Below, piece after piece: positions 1 to 9,528 of a DNA stretch of 38,938 nt. Source of the stretch: a virus (lineage: Duplodnaviria > Caudoviricetes); IMG/VR virus record IMGVR_UViG_3300044738_000035, positions 1 to 38,938 of that record. One strand, written 5' to 3'. The notes below the pieces were generated by a model. The model ran no database searches. It worked only from the letters and a program-made list of their open reading frames with translations, and was not told the origin of the DNA. The translations under genes were made by a program, and so were the position numbers. Each line of letters starts with the position of its first letter. Within the stretch, counting starts at the first letter, position 1.

Positions 1-430
1 CGTGCAGTACGACGACAGGTGGAAGGCGGCGCGGTCGCGGGTTGACCGCGCCGCCTCCGAGCTTGTGCGCAAGACGGCGCTCGCCATCGAGGCCGACGTC
101 AAGCGCGACATGGCGTCGGAGAAGCACGGCCGCGTCTACGGCCACGCGGCCACCCGTGACAGCCGAGGGCGCTATGTGAAGCGCGGCACGGTCGTCGAGC
201 ACGTCGCGTCCGCGCCCGGCGAGGCCCCGGCCATCGACACGGGCCTCCTCGTCAACTCCGTCCAGACGGCTATCGACAGCGGCTACGCGCGCGAAGGCTA
301 CGCGGCCGAGGTCGGCTCCCCGCAGGAGACGGCGCCCATCCTTGAGACGACGCTCGACCGCCCGGCCTTCAAACGCGCGGGCGAGCGCGCGAAGAAGACC
401 TTCCGCCGCAACGCCGAGCGGCTTTCATGA
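1..430 (+). CDS. HK97 gp10-like tail completion/neck protein (starts across the circular junction at ATG 38928)
   Basis: ASAPGEAPAIDTGLLVNS and RPAF motifs are typical of HK97 gp10-like proteins. The in-frame ATG at 38928 is supplied by the window end. Confidence 0.8.
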   Translation, partial: VQYDDRWKAARSRVDRAASELVRKTALAIEADVKRDMASEKHGRVYGHAATRDSRGRYVKRGTVVEHVASAPGEAPAIDTGLLVNSVQTAIDSGYAREGYAAEVGSPQETAPILETTLDRPAFKRAGERAKKTFRRNAERLS

Positions 431-439
431 GGAGCACCA

Positions 440-1009
440 ATGGCACAGAAGAAAGTCAGCGCGAAGGCGTTCGTCGACGCCACGCTGAAGACGAAAGCCC
501 TGCTCACGTTCGTCGACCCCCAGACGGGCGAAGGGCAGACCGACGAGTTCGAGATCGTCTACCGCGCGTTCTCGCCGAAGAAGTGGGAGGAGTTCGGCGA
601 GTGGGCGCGTGACTTCGACAAGAAGATCGAGGCGCTGGAAGGGCGCTTCAACGCGCACCAGGCCGAGGAGGCGAAGCGCAGGCTGCGGCACGACGCCGAG
701 GAGTCCGAGCGCGAGGAGAGCGCGCTCGCGGCGGGCGAGGCTTTCACGCCCGCGCCTTTCGAGGCGGCGCCCCCCTTCGACGACCCGGAGGTCGGCGAGC
801 TGAAGTATGCGCTGGCGCAGATCGTCGCGAGGCTGGTCGTCAGCATCCCCGAGATCGTCGAGGGCGAGGGCGAAGAGGAGCGCCCCATCCCCATCACCGT
901 CGAGACGCTCTCGGAGTTCGCCGAGTCTAACCTGCGCTCCATCCGCGACGCCGTCTTTAAGCACAGCGCCGCCGACCCTACGAGGCCCGCCTCCTCGCCC
1001 TCTTCATAG
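440..1009 (+). CDS. Tail assembly chaperone (lambda gpG-like)
   Basis: Acidic helical protein with GGAG RBS, lying between tail tube and TMP genes and followed by a start-less -1 frame extension. Confidence 0.7.
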   Translation: MAQKKVSAKAFVDATLKTKALLTFVDPQTGEGQTDEFEIVYRAFSPKKWEEFGEWARDFDKKIEALEGRFNAHQAEEAKRRLRHDAEESEREESALAAGEAFTPAPFEAAPPFDDPEVGELKYALAQIVARLVVSIPEIVEGEGEEERPIPITVETLSEFAESNLRSIRDAVFKHSAADPTRPASSPSS

Positions 1010-1176
1010 CGAAGAGCGGGAAGGCGGGCAAGGCCCCGGCCGATTTCAAGTTTCTCCAACTGGCCGACCGCTACGGCATAGACCCCCGCGTCATCGAGGA
1101 GGAGTGGTCGGAGCGGTCGGTCAACCGGATGTTGATGTACATCGAGGCGCTCGACCTCGCGCCCTCGATGAAGTGA
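961..1176 (+). CDS. Tail chaperone frameshift extension (gpGT-like, -1 frame)
   Basis: -1 frame is open from 961 to TGA 1174-1176 ([16 protein letters not shown]...[38 protein letters not shown]) with good codon usage and no early start codon. Confidence 0.65.
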   Translation, partial: AQRRRPYEARLLALFIAKSGKAGKAPADFKFLQLADRYGIDPRVIEEEWSERSVNRMLMYIEALDLAPSMK

Positions 1177-1184
1177 GGAGCACC

Positions 1185-3419
1185 ATGCGACTGAATCTCC
1201 GACGCGCGGCGGCCGGCCTTCTGCTCGCCGCCCTCTTCTCCCTCCCCGCCCTCGCGCAGGTCACGACGCGCACCGTCACCGGCACCATCCGCAAGCCCGA
1301 CGGCTCCGCGTGGGTCGGCGCGAAGGTCGTCTTCGAGCTGACGAAGAACACGTACACCTCGGCGGCGAGCTTCCCTGCGACGTCCGTCACGGCGACGACG
1401 AACGCGAGCGGGCTAATCTGCCTGGCGCCCTGCACGACGACCGGCGTGACCCTGTGGACGAACGCCGAGGGGCTCGACGGCGCTCAGTACAAGGTCACTT
1501 ACCCGGACGGGAAGTATTTCTATTTCGTCCTCGCGGCGGGCGCGACCGTTGACCTCTCGACCTTGCGGGCGGCGAACACGGCGGCGCCGACGCCGTCGAA
1601 CGTCTCGGCCTTCGAGGCGGTCGTCGCGGCGCACGCGGCCGCGAGCAACCCGCATCCCGTCTACCTGACGCAAGGAGAGGGAGACGCGCTCTATGAGCCG
1701 CTCGGGAGCGCGACGGCCTGGTACGACGGCGCGGGCGCGCCTTCGGGCGGGCTCGGCGAGGACGGCGACTACTACCTGCGCACGTCGAACGGAGACGTCT
1801 ACGCGAAGGCGTCGGGCGCGTGGGGCGTGGTCGGCAACATCCTCGGGCCGCAGGGCGCGACCGGGGCGACTGGCGCCACGGGAGCACAAGGCCCCACGGG
1901 CGCGACCGGAGCCACGGGAGCCGCCGGCGCGACGGGGCCGCAAGGCCCGGCCGGTGCAACGGGCGCGACCGGGTCGACCGGGTCGGCAGGCGCCGACGGC
2001 GCGACGTGGCGCACGGGCTCGGGCGCGCCGTCGAACGGGCTCGGCGCGAATAATGACCTCTACCTCGACACCTCGACGAGCGACGTCTATCTGAAGTCGG
2101 GAGGCTCCTACTCCGTCATCGCCAACATCAAGGGGGCGACCGGCGCGACGGGAGCCACCGGGGCGGCGGGCGCGACGGGTGCTACTGGAGCGACGGGCGC
2201 GCAAGGGGCGTCGGGCGTCATCTCCGTCACCGCCCCGCTCACGAACTCGGGCACGAGCAGCAGCGCGCAGCTCGGCATCACGCAGGCCGACGCGACGCAC
2301 GACGGCTACTTGAGTCAGGCGCACTGGAATACCTTCAACGGCAAGCAGGCCGCGCTCGGTTTCACGCCGCTCAACCCCGCCAACAACCTGAGTGAGGTGA
2401 CGCCGGCGACGGCGCGCTCGAACCTCGGGCTCGTCATCGGGACGAACGTGCAGGCGCAGGACGCGGAGCTGGCGGCCTTCGCGGGGCTGACGAGCGCGGC
2501 GGACAAGCTGCCCTACTTCACCGGGAGCGGGACGGCGGCGACGACCGACTTCAGCTCGTTCGGGCGCTCGCTCGTGGACGACGCCGACGCCTCGGCCGCG
2601 CGCACGACGCTGGGGCTGGGGACTCTCGCCACTCAGAGCGGCACGTTCTCGGGCACGCACTCGGGAACATCTTCGGGGACGAACACGGGCGACGAGACCG
2701 CCACGACCGTCGGCACTCTCATCAGCGGGGCGACGGGGAAGACCACTCCCGTTGACGCCGATTCGCTCGGGCTCTCCGACTCGGCCGCGTCGAACGTCCT
2801 CAAAAAGCTGACGTGGGCCAACACCAAGGCGACGCTCAAGACTTACTTCGACACCCTCTATCAAACCGCTCTCACCTTCACGGGCACGGGCGACTCGGTG
2901 AGGGCGACGGGCCCGACGCTCGTCACGCCGATCATAGGAACGGCGACCGCGACGAGCATCGTCTTTACGAACGCCCAACTGAAGACGGGCGGCACGGGCG
3001 CGCTCGCGGTCAGGAACACTGGCGACACAGACTACGGCGTCCTCATCGTTTCCAAACTTCGCTCGAATGATGCGAGCGGCAACATTAGCATCGGCCTGTC
3101 TCAGAGCAACGCCGGACAAATCGAGATGGTGAGCGGGGGGCGGATTGACTTCGCCACGAGCGCCACGCAGGCGAACACCACGAAGGACGCGGGGATTGCC
3201 CGGTGCGCGGCGGGAGTCATCTGCGCGACGGTGGGGGCGGGCACGACCGCCGCCGGGGCATTTCAGGCCACGGGGACGAGTCAGCCGACGTGCAGCTCGA
3301 CCACGCGCGGCGCGATGTGGACGGTTCAGTCGGCGGGCGGCGTCGGCGACATCTTCCAGGTCTGCATGAAGGGCACGGCCGACACTTACGCCTGGCGGTC
3401 GGTCTTCACGGCGCCTTAG
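1185..3419 (+). CDS. Collagen-repeat tail-fibre-like protein with N-terminal signal peptide
   Basis: True start is ATG 1185 after AGGAG. N-terminus [25 protein letters not shown]. Contains GXY repeats, two W-x2-G-x-GAP..G..GD.YL...DVY.K modules, and fibre repeat [19 protein letters not shown]...AARTTLGLG. Confidence 0.8.
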   Translation: MRLNLRRAAAGLLLAALFSLPALAQVTTRTVTGTIRKPDGSAWVGAKVVFELTKNTYTSAASFPATSVTATTNASGLICLAPCTTTGVTLWTNAEGLDGAQYKVTYPDGKYFYFVLAAGATVDLSTLRAANTAAPTPSNVSAFEAVVAAHAAASNPHPVYLTQGEGDALYEPLGSATAWYDGAGAPSGGLGEDGDYYLRTSNGDVYAKASGAWGVVGNILGPQGATGATGATGAQGPTGATGATGAAGATGPQGPAGATGATGSTGSAGADGATWRTGSGAPSNGLGANNDLYLDTSTSDVYLKSGGSYSVIANIKGATGATGATGAAGATGATGATGAQGASGVISVTAPLTNSGTSSSAQLGITQADATHDGYLSQAHWNTFNGKQAALGFTPLNPANNLSEVTPATARSNLGLVIGTNVQAQDAELAAFAGLTSAADKLPYFTGSGTAATTDFSSFGRSLVDDADASAARTTLGLGTLATQSGTFSGTHSGTSSGTNTGDETATTVGTLISGATGKTTPVDADSLGLSDSAASNVLKKLTWANTKATLKTYFDTLYQTALTFTGTGDSVRATGPTLVTPIIGTATATSIVFTNAQLKTGGTGALAVRNTGDTDYGVLIVSKLRSNDASGNISIGLSQSNAGQIEMVSGGRIDFATSATQANTTKDAGIARCAAGVICATVGAGTTAAGAFQATGTSQPTCSSTTRGAMWTVQSAGGVGDIFQVCMKGTADTYAWRSVFTAP
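1845..2216 (+). repeat. Two collagen-like Gly-X-Y tracts (about 1845-2006 and 2133-2216)
   Basis: [18 protein letters not shown]... and GATGATGATGAAGATGAT... Confidence 0.9.
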
Positions 3420-3604
3420 CGGGCGGCGTCTCCCGCCGTGCGACATCTCTCGCACCGGCGAGCGCGGTCGGCGCACCTTCCCCGATGCTCGAACGTGACG
3501 CCGCACGGCTCGTCGCGGCAGCTTTCGAGGCAGAGCAAACATTCGGTGCAGGGGCAGCGATGGGAATGGAGAGGGAGGAAGCGGTCGAGTAGTTTCCTGA
3601 GCAA
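3416..3604 (-). CDS. Small Cys/His-rich protein (62 aa), antisense moron
   Basis: AAAGGAG 7 nt before TTG at 3604. 9 Cys and 3 His. The stop codon overlaps the convergent fibre stop. Confidence 0.55.
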   Translation of the reverse strand: MLRKLLDRFLPLHSHRCPCTECLLCLESCRDEPCGVTFEHRGRCADRARRCERCRTAGDAAR

Positions 3605-3682
3605 CGGTCGGCTCCTTTCGTAAGGCGCGCGAGCATACACGACTTTGACGCTCTTTGACAGGCGGGGGCTAAGACGCCGCCC

Positions 3683-3712
3683 CCGAAAATCAATAAATTA
3701 AGCCGTTACTTT
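3683..3712 (+). promoter_or_regulatory. Putative activator-dependent promoter CCGAAAATCAA-N13-TACTTT upstream of TMP
   Basis: The same 11-mer with the same spacing to TAnnnT occurs at 28650 and 31834. Confidence 0.65.
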
Positions 3713-3733
3713 TACGGTCGGAGGGCTAGTCCG

Positions 3734-6460
3734 ATGGCTGTAAAAGTTGAAGCATTTAGATTAAGCGGCAGGGTCGAGATTGACGGGAAGCGCGCGCGCA
3801 CCGAACTGAAGGGCATCGAGTCTGACTCGAAGGCGGCGGCGGGCTCGCTCGGCAAGCTCGCGTCCGGCCTCGGACGCGTCACGAACGCGCTCAGCGGCAA
3901 CTCCGGCGCGTTCGGCGGGCGCGGCGGTTTCTTACCCGGCCTCGCCAACGTCTCCGAGATTATCCAGGGCATCCCGCAAATCGGCCGACTCGCGGGCGCG
4001 CTCGTCTCCCCGCTCACCAGCGCGGCCGAGGCGGGCGTCAGGTTCAACGCCTTCCTCGAAACCTCCGAGGTCGCGCTCAAGCGTTACTTCAAAGGCAGCC
4101 GCGACGAGTCGAGGAAGTTCATCGACGAGGTTCGCGACTTCGCCGGGAAGTCTCCCTTCCGCACCGAGGGGCTGATCAAGACCATCGTCTACGGCACGGC
4201 CACGGGTTCGAGCCCGCGCGAGGCGCTGGAGCTGGTCAAGGACGTCGGCGACGCGATTGCCTCGACGGGCGAAATCTCCGAGGAGATGGTGCAGGGCGTC
4301 GTCCGGGCGCTCGGCCAGATCAAGGCGAAGGGCACCGTCTCGGCCGAGGAGATGGAGCAGCTCGCCGAGCGCGGCATCCCCGCCTGGGAGATGCTCTCCC
4401 ACGCCATCGGCAAGACGGTCGCGGAGACGCGCAAGCTCTCCGAGAAGGGCAAGCTCAACGGCCCGGCCGCGGTCGCGGCGCTGCGCGCGGAGATGCGCGC
4501 GCGCTACGGCGGCACGATGAAGGAGCTGGAGGCGACGCTGACGGGCCGGCTCGCCGCCGCCGAGGACACCCTTCAGGCGGGCGCGGCGAAGGCGACCGAG
4601 GGGCTGACGAACTCCATCAGCATCGCGCTCGACGCGGGGCTGAAGCAGGCTGGCCTGGTGGACACGCTCGCGGGCACCATCAACACCGCGATCACGCCGG
4701 TCGCGGGGCTCATCAAGACGGCGGCCGTCGGGCTCTTGGGCGGCGGGCTGACGTCGGGGCTGAAGGAGGGCATCGAGGCGGGCCGCTCGCTCGTCACGCA
4801 GACGGTCGGCGACTTCGCACTCGACGCCGTGATCTCCCCGTTCAAGTCAATGCTGGGAATCAATTCACCTTCGACGGTCTATGCGGGCTTCGGCGAGGAC
4901 GTCGCCGAAGGGTTCGAGAACGGCCTGGTTGACCGCACGTCGCGCGGCTTCGACCGCTGGTCCAAGGCTTTAGAGAAGGCGGGCGGCGACGCCTTCATCA
5001 AGGGAGTGGAGAGGATCGCGAAGCGTCTCGGCGTTGACCCCGCTTTCATCATGAACATGCTGGCCGCAGAGTCAGGATTCAACCCGCGGGCCAAGAACCC
5101 GCTGCCCGGGCAGAGCGCCGCCGGCCTCTTCCAGGCGACGAACGAGACCGCGCGCGGCCTCGGCTACAAGAACTCCGAGCAGATTCGCCAGGCGCCCGTC
5201 TCCGAGCAGCTCGACGCGCTCGCCCGCTACCTTCACCAGCGCGGCGTCCGCCCGGGCGCGACGCAGGAGCAGGTCTACGGCGCGGTCGGCTACGGCAGCT
5301 CTTTGAACGACCCGAACAAGCGCCTCTTCCGCCGCGGCCAGTCTCGCTACGGCATGAACCGCATCTGGGACTTCAACGGCGACGGCGAGATTCGCTACGG
5401 CGAGCTGGGCGCGTACGCGCGTCAGAAGGGCGGCTTCACGAGCACCGGCTTCACCGTCAACAACGCGCCCGTCACCACGGCCAACCCCGTCCCCGTCATC
5501 GTCACGAGCGACCTGCGCGGGGGCGTCGGCGTCTTCGCCAACTCCGTCAGGACTTATCAGGGAAGGGCCAGCGGCGACTTCGGCGGCGGCCCCGGCGAGG
5601 CTCTCGCCACGGTGCGCGCGCTTGAGCCCCTGCTCGAACAGAGTAAAGGCGCGATGGCCACGCAGCTCTCCTTCGTCGAACTGCCGAAGGCAACCTTCTC
5701 GGCGAGCAAGGCAATGGAGTACGTCGCGGAGGCGTCGCGCGTCTCGGGTGAGCGGATGGAGGTCGCGGCCGGTCAGTTCGCGAAGAGCGTCATGGGCAGC
5801 GCGAGCAAGATCGATTCCGTGGTCGGCGCCATCGGCCAGGTCGCGGGGATGGTGCCGGGTCAGCAGGTCGGGAAGAAGCGCGGCTTCTTCTCGAAGATGC
5901 TCGGCTTCGCGGCGCCGTTCCTGAACTTCATCCCCGGCGTCGGGCCCATCCTCTCGACGCTCGCGAGCATCGGGTCGAGCGCGCTCGGCGGAGACTACGG
6001 CGGCGCGCTCATGGGCGCGGCGAGTGGCTTTGCGAAGGGCGGCGCGTTCCGGCGCAGCGGCTCCGGCAGCGCGGCGCCCCCGACCGTCAGCGTCGGCGCC
6101 GGCCTTGAGCCGCGCGCCACGGGCGGCCCCGTCAGCAAGGGGCGCACGTACATCGTCGGCGAGCACCGGGCGGAGGTCTTCGAGCCCGAGATGGACGGCT
6201 TTATTCACTCCTCGATGGACGCCTTCGAGCGGAGCCGCGGGGGCGGTCAGCGGGGCGGCGGCGGGGGCACGGCGCTCGCGCGCATCATGCAGCGCCTCGA
6301 AGCGCACTTCGCGAGGCTCGAAGCGGTCTCGCCCGACAGCGTCCTGACGGCCGGCAGTCGCACCGCGCAGGGGCAGGCGGCCATCGCGAACGGGTGGAGG
6401 GCCGGCGCGTCGCGCGACCCGAAGACTATTGAGTGGATGCAGAGGAGAGTGGAGGCGTGA
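3734..6460 (+). CDS. Tape measure protein with internal lytic transglycosylase (SLT-like) domain
   Basis: Tape-measure domain (FAGKSPF...GQIKAKG..AEEMEQLAERGIP), LGINSPS motif, SLT motifs AESGFNPRAKN and AAGLFQ, C-terminal ATGGPV...IVGE..EVFEP. Confidence 0.93.
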   Translation: MAVKVEAFRLSGRVEIDGKRARTELKGIESDSKAAAGSLGKLASGLGRVTNALSGNSGAFGGRGGFLPGLANVSEIIQGIPQIGRLAGALVSPLTSAAEAGVRFNAFLETSEVALKRYFKGSRDESRKFIDEVRDFAGKSPFRTEGLIKTIVYGTATGSSPREALELVKDVGDAIASTGEISEEMVQGVVRALGQIKAKGTVSAEEMEQLAERGIPAWEMLSHAIGKTVAETRKLSEKGKLNGPAAVAALRAEMRARYGGTMKELEATLTGRLAAAEDTLQAGAAKATEGLTNSISIALDAGLKQAGLVDTLAGTINTAITPVAGLIKTAAVGLLGGGLTSGLKEGIEAGRSLVTQTVGDFALDAVISPFKSMLGINSPSTVYAGFGEDVAEGFENGLVDRTSRGFDRWSKALEKAGGDAFIKGVERIAKRLGVDPAFIMNMLAAESGFNPRAKNPLPGQSAAGLFQATNETARGLGYKNSEQIRQAPVSEQLDALARYLHQRGVRPGATQEQVYGAVGYGSSLNDPNKRLFRRGQSRYGMNRIWDFNGDGEIRYGELGAYARQKGGFTSTGFTVNNAPVTTANPVPVIVTSDLRGGVGVFANSVRTYQGRASGDFGGGPGEALATVRALEPLLEQSKGAMATQLSFVELPKATFSASKAMEYVAEASRVSGERMEVAAGQFAKSVMGSASKIDSVVGAIGQVAGMVPGQQVGKKRGFFSKMLGFAAPFLNFIPGVGPILSTLASIGSSALGGDYGGALMGAASGFAKGGAFRRSGSGSAAPPTVSVGAGLEPRATGGPVSKGRTYIVGEHRAEVFEPEMDGFIHSSMDAFERSRGGGQRGGGGGTALARIMQRLEAHFARLEAVSPDSVLTAGSRTAQGQAAIANGWRAGASRDPKTIEWMQRRVEA

Positions 6461-6921
6461 GCACAGAGAACGGCTTCGAGCGGTTGATCACCGAGGGCTT
6501 CCTCTTCGAGGAGTTCTCGATTGGCGGCGAGGGTCTCTATGCGTCTTACGGCTCCGGCTACGGCGAAGGGGCCGTCACCGGCAACCCCGACGGCCTGCGT
6601 GAGTGGAAGATGAAGGTCGGCGCGCTCCCCAACGTCGAAGGCGAGAACACCATCAACGCGGGCGAGCACGGCCTCCAGACGCGCTTCAAATACCTCTTCG
6701 ACTTCTACGTCCGCCACAACGTCAACAACGTCCGCAAGCCCTTCTGGTTTCGCGACCCCGTGGAGGGCCGCGACTACCTGGCCGAGATAGTCGAGGAGAG
6801 GCTCACTTTCCCGATGCTCTCGCGGGTCGTCTTCAGGACGGGGCTGACCATCAAGCAGCGGCGCGTCTTCGGGCAGTCGTCGCCGGGCGATGCCGTGAGC
6901 GAGAACAACCAGGAGATTTAA
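6457..6921 (+). CDS. Distal tail protein (Dit/gpM-like)
   Basis: GTGA overlap with TMP, about 154 aa, with the LFDFYVRH...KPFWFRDP motif typical of Dit. Confidence 0.7.
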   Translation: MSTENGFERLITEGFLFEEFSIGGEGLYASYGSGYGEGAVTGNPDGLREWKMKVGALPNVEGENTINAGEHGLQTRFKYLFDFYVRHNVNNVRKPFWFRDPVEGRDYLAEIVEERLTFPMLSRVVFRTGLTIKQRRVFGQSSPGDAVSENNQEI

Positions 6922-6932
6922 CCTTCAGGCCG

Positions 6933-7028
6933 TATCGCCGCAGATGGCGAGCGGCGCCGGCACCTATCGCCGGGAGTGGCGGTGAGCTCTCGAGCACGCG
7001 GCGGCCGTCACCGCCGGATTCAGCGATG
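6933..7028. repeat. Three tandem copies of the dispersed 20-bp palindrome (6933-6952, 6965-6984, 7009-7028)
   Basis: TATCGCCG-CAGA-TGGCGAGC, TATCGCCG-GGAG-TGGCGGTG and CACCGCCG-GATT-CAGCGATG fill the Dit-Tal intergenic gap. Confidence 0.75.
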
Positions 7029-7036
7029 AGATCTGC

Positions 7037-9277
7037 ATGAGCACCCTTAGCGCAGAAGACCAGGCCAAACTCTCAGCCCTCGAAGGACTCATCCGCGCCG
7101 CGCGCTCGGGCGGCCCGGACGCCCCGAGCCCCCGGGTCGTGGAACTGATCGCCGTGGACTGGCCCGCGCCCGACGGCCGCGTCTACTACGCCTCGACGCA
7201 GGCGGACGACACCTGGCCTTCCCTGCGCCCCGTGCTCGACGCGCTCGGCGGGGGCGAGGTCGAGCCCCGGCTCTCGGGCGGCCCCTTCCTCGACGTCATG
7301 CGCGACTCGGGCATCTCCGACGACTCGGTCTCGCTCTCCCTCTGGGACGCCGACCACGTCATCTCCGACCTCTTCGAGACGCACGGCGACGGCGCGCGCG
7401 TCGAAATCTTCTTCTACTTCCCGCAGGTGGAGTTACTGCTCAGTCAGTGGCACGGCCACCTCCGGCCGCCCGAGGACGCCGACGAGGAGACCTTCACGGC
7501 CACGGCCGAGAACGGCTTCATGTCGGTGCAGCTCCCGCTCCCTCGCCGCGCCTTCTTCAACACATGCCAGGCCGTCTTCGGCGGACTGCTCTCGACGCAG
7601 GCGGAGATAGACGAGCACGACTGCCCCTACAACCGGCACCTCGGCGGCGGCACGGGGCTCCTCGACGGCGGCGGCAACCCCTTCACCACTTGCCCGCGCC
7701 GCACGCGCGCCGACTGCGTCGCCCGCCTCGGCGACGCGCTCTCGTGGACGGGCTTCGACACGGGGATCGCCAGCTACCCCATCGGCTCGAAGGGCGTCAT
7801 CGCCACGTCGCGCGGCAACGAGACCAGGCTGAAGCGCCCGCTGCGCGTCATCTTCAACCGGCGCACCGTGCGCGACCTCGACCTCCTGGCCTACGTCGTC
7901 GAACTCGGCAACCCTTCGCACCCGGAGCGCGGGAGCATCAAGCTGCTCTATGCCATCTCCGAGGGGCGCATGCGCTGGCTCGGTCAGCCCGTCGCCAACC
8001 GCGCGCCCGTCCAGCCGCAGCACTACGCGATCCGCCTCGGCACGCCGCGCCAGCCCTCGACCGGCTTCACCGTCAACGCCAACAACTATTCGAGCACCGC
8101 CCTCCTGAACGTCGTCCTTCAGGGCGACTTCAGCAAGGTCGACCCGGCGAGCATCCAGGTCGAGATTCCGGCCGAGGGGGTTGACGACGTCCGCGCATAC
8201 GCGAGCGAAGACCCCGAAGACTTCGTCCTTCAGTACCCGGTCGAGCGGGCATGGGCTTTGCAGCACGTCTACCGCCACAAGCGTTACGGCCTCGGCGCCG
8301 ACGTGCGCCGCTTCGTACAAGCCGACTTCATTGACATCGCGGCCTGGCACGCCCAGACGATCACGTACAAGGACGCTGACGGCGTCGCCTACACGGGGAC
8401 GCGCTCGACCTTCAACGCCGAACTCGTCGACCGCACGGCGCAGCAGCAGATAAACGACATCTGCCTCGCCGGGCGCGTCACCGTGCCCTTCCCCTGGGAA
8501 GGCAAGCTCCGCGTCTTCCCGCTGAAGAAGCTCTCCGAGGAGGAGCTGGCCGCCGCGCCGGTCTTCACCGACGACCCGGACTCGGGCTTCGAGCCCAACA
8601 TCGTCCGCGACGAGCGGTCGAACAAGTCGACGCTCACGCGCTCCTCGGTCTCCGACCGCGACCTCCCGAACGCGATCAAGGTCACGCTCGACAACGACGC
8701 GAAGGACAACCAGGAGGAGCCGCTCCTCTTCGACTCGGTCGAGGCGCAGCTGCGGGCGGGGCGCGCCTTCGGTGACACGGGGCGGCGCGCCGTCGAGAAG
8801 TCCTTCGGCCTGCTCGGCGTGACGAACGTCGGCGAGGCGTCGCGCTTAGGGATTCTCCTTAGAGACCTCGGCGAGTTCGACGAGGGCGGGCTGGAGAATA
8901 ATCTGAGGATAAAGTTTCAGACCTTCTTCACGCAGACGCTCACGCTCTACAAGTCGAAGGTCATCCGCGTGCTCTCGCGCTCGCTCGTCAACCGGCGCAC
9001 CGGCGTCCAGCAGTTCGAATACTTCCGCGTCCGCTCCGTGCGCAGACTCCCGAGCCTCCTGGTCGAGGTCAGCGCGCAGGCTTACCCCGTCGCGTATTAC
9101 GCGAAGACAGAAGACATCGTGGTCGGCGAGGACGTGGGCCCCGGCGACATCATCCCGGTCAACCCGCGCCCCGACCCGAACCCCGGCGGCGCGGGCGGCG
9201 AGCGGCCGCGCCCCGTCCTGTTCGCGGGCGTCGAGACGACGGTCGACCGAATCATCCTTCAACTGGCGAGGAGCTAA
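7037..9277 (+). CDS. Tail tip/baseplate hub protein (gpL-like Cys region fused to gpJ/Tal-like hub)
   Basis: Follows Dit. Four-Cys pattern CQ..HDCPY..TCPR..DC. Hub-like region (YGLG, LPNAIKVTLD, YFRVRSVR). Confidence 0.75.
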   Translation: MSTLSAEDQAKLSALEGLIRAARSGGPDAPSPRVVELIAVDWPAPDGRVYYASTQADDTWPSLRPVLDALGGGEVEPRLSGGPFLDVMRDSGISDDSVSLSLWDADHVISDLFETHGDGARVEIFFYFPQVELLLSQWHGHLRPPEDADEETFTATAENGFMSVQLPLPRRAFFNTCQAVFGGLLSTQAEIDEHDCPYNRHLGGGTGLLDGGGNPFTTCPRRTRADCVARLGDALSWTGFDTGIASYPIGSKGVIATSRGNETRLKRPLRVIFNRRTVRDLDLLAYVVELGNPSHPERGSIKLLYAISEGRMRWLGQPVANRAPVQPQHYAIRLGTPRQPSTGFTVNANNYSSTALLNVVLQGDFSKVDPASIQVEIPAEGVDDVRAYASEDPEDFVLQYPVERAWALQHVYRHKRYGLGADVRRFVQADFIDIAAWHAQTITYKDADGVAYTGTRSTFNAELVDRTAQQQINDICLAGRVTVPFPWEGKLRVFPLKKLSEEELAAAPVFTDDPDSGFEPNIVRDERSNKSTLTRSSVSDRDLPNAIKVTLDNDAKDNQEEPLLFDSVEAQLRAGRAFGDTGRRAVEKSFGLLGVTNVGEASRLGILLRDLGEFDEGGLENNLRIKFQTFFTQTLTLYKSKVIRVLSRSLVNRRTGVQQFEYFRVRSVRRLPSLLVEVSAQAYPVAYYAKTEDIVVGEDVGPGDIIPVNPRPDPNPGGAGGERPRPVLFAGVETTVDRIILQLARS

Positions 9278-9282
9278 GAGAG

Positions 9283-9528
9283 ATGCCTTCCGACTACGCG
9301 GCTTTCGAGGTGCTGACTGACAACGACGACGGGACGTTTACGCCCGTCGCGTTGGCGACCGTGAAGGTCTACGACGTCACGCACTCGGCGGCGCTCGCCG
9401 ACACGGCCTCCGACGGCGACGGCACCGTGCCGGGCGCGACCGTGGCCGTGGACGCGGGCACGACCCTCCGGTTCAGCGTGCAGCTCGCCAACGGCCTCGC
9501 GGGCTGCGCCGAGCAAGTCACTGTCTAG
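9283..9528 (+). CDS. Small beta-rich tail protein (transthyretin/carboxypeptidase-regulatory-like fold suspected)
   Basis: PVALATVKVYD...TASDGDG pattern, in the tail operon. Confidence 0.55.
   Translation: MPSDYAAFEVLTDNDDGTFTPVALATVKVYDVTHSAALADTASDGDGTVPGATVAVDAGTTLRFSVQLANGLAGCAEQVTV

Noticed and set aside
953-961. C TTT AAG as the chaperone slippery site
   Set aside because: The -1 frame has TAA at 958-960, so a shift there terminates immediately.
807-1184. N-terminal extension of the 870-aa ORF 807..3419
   Set aside because: It overlaps the chaperone and its frameshift frame with junk Arg/Pro composition. The RBS supports ATG 1185.
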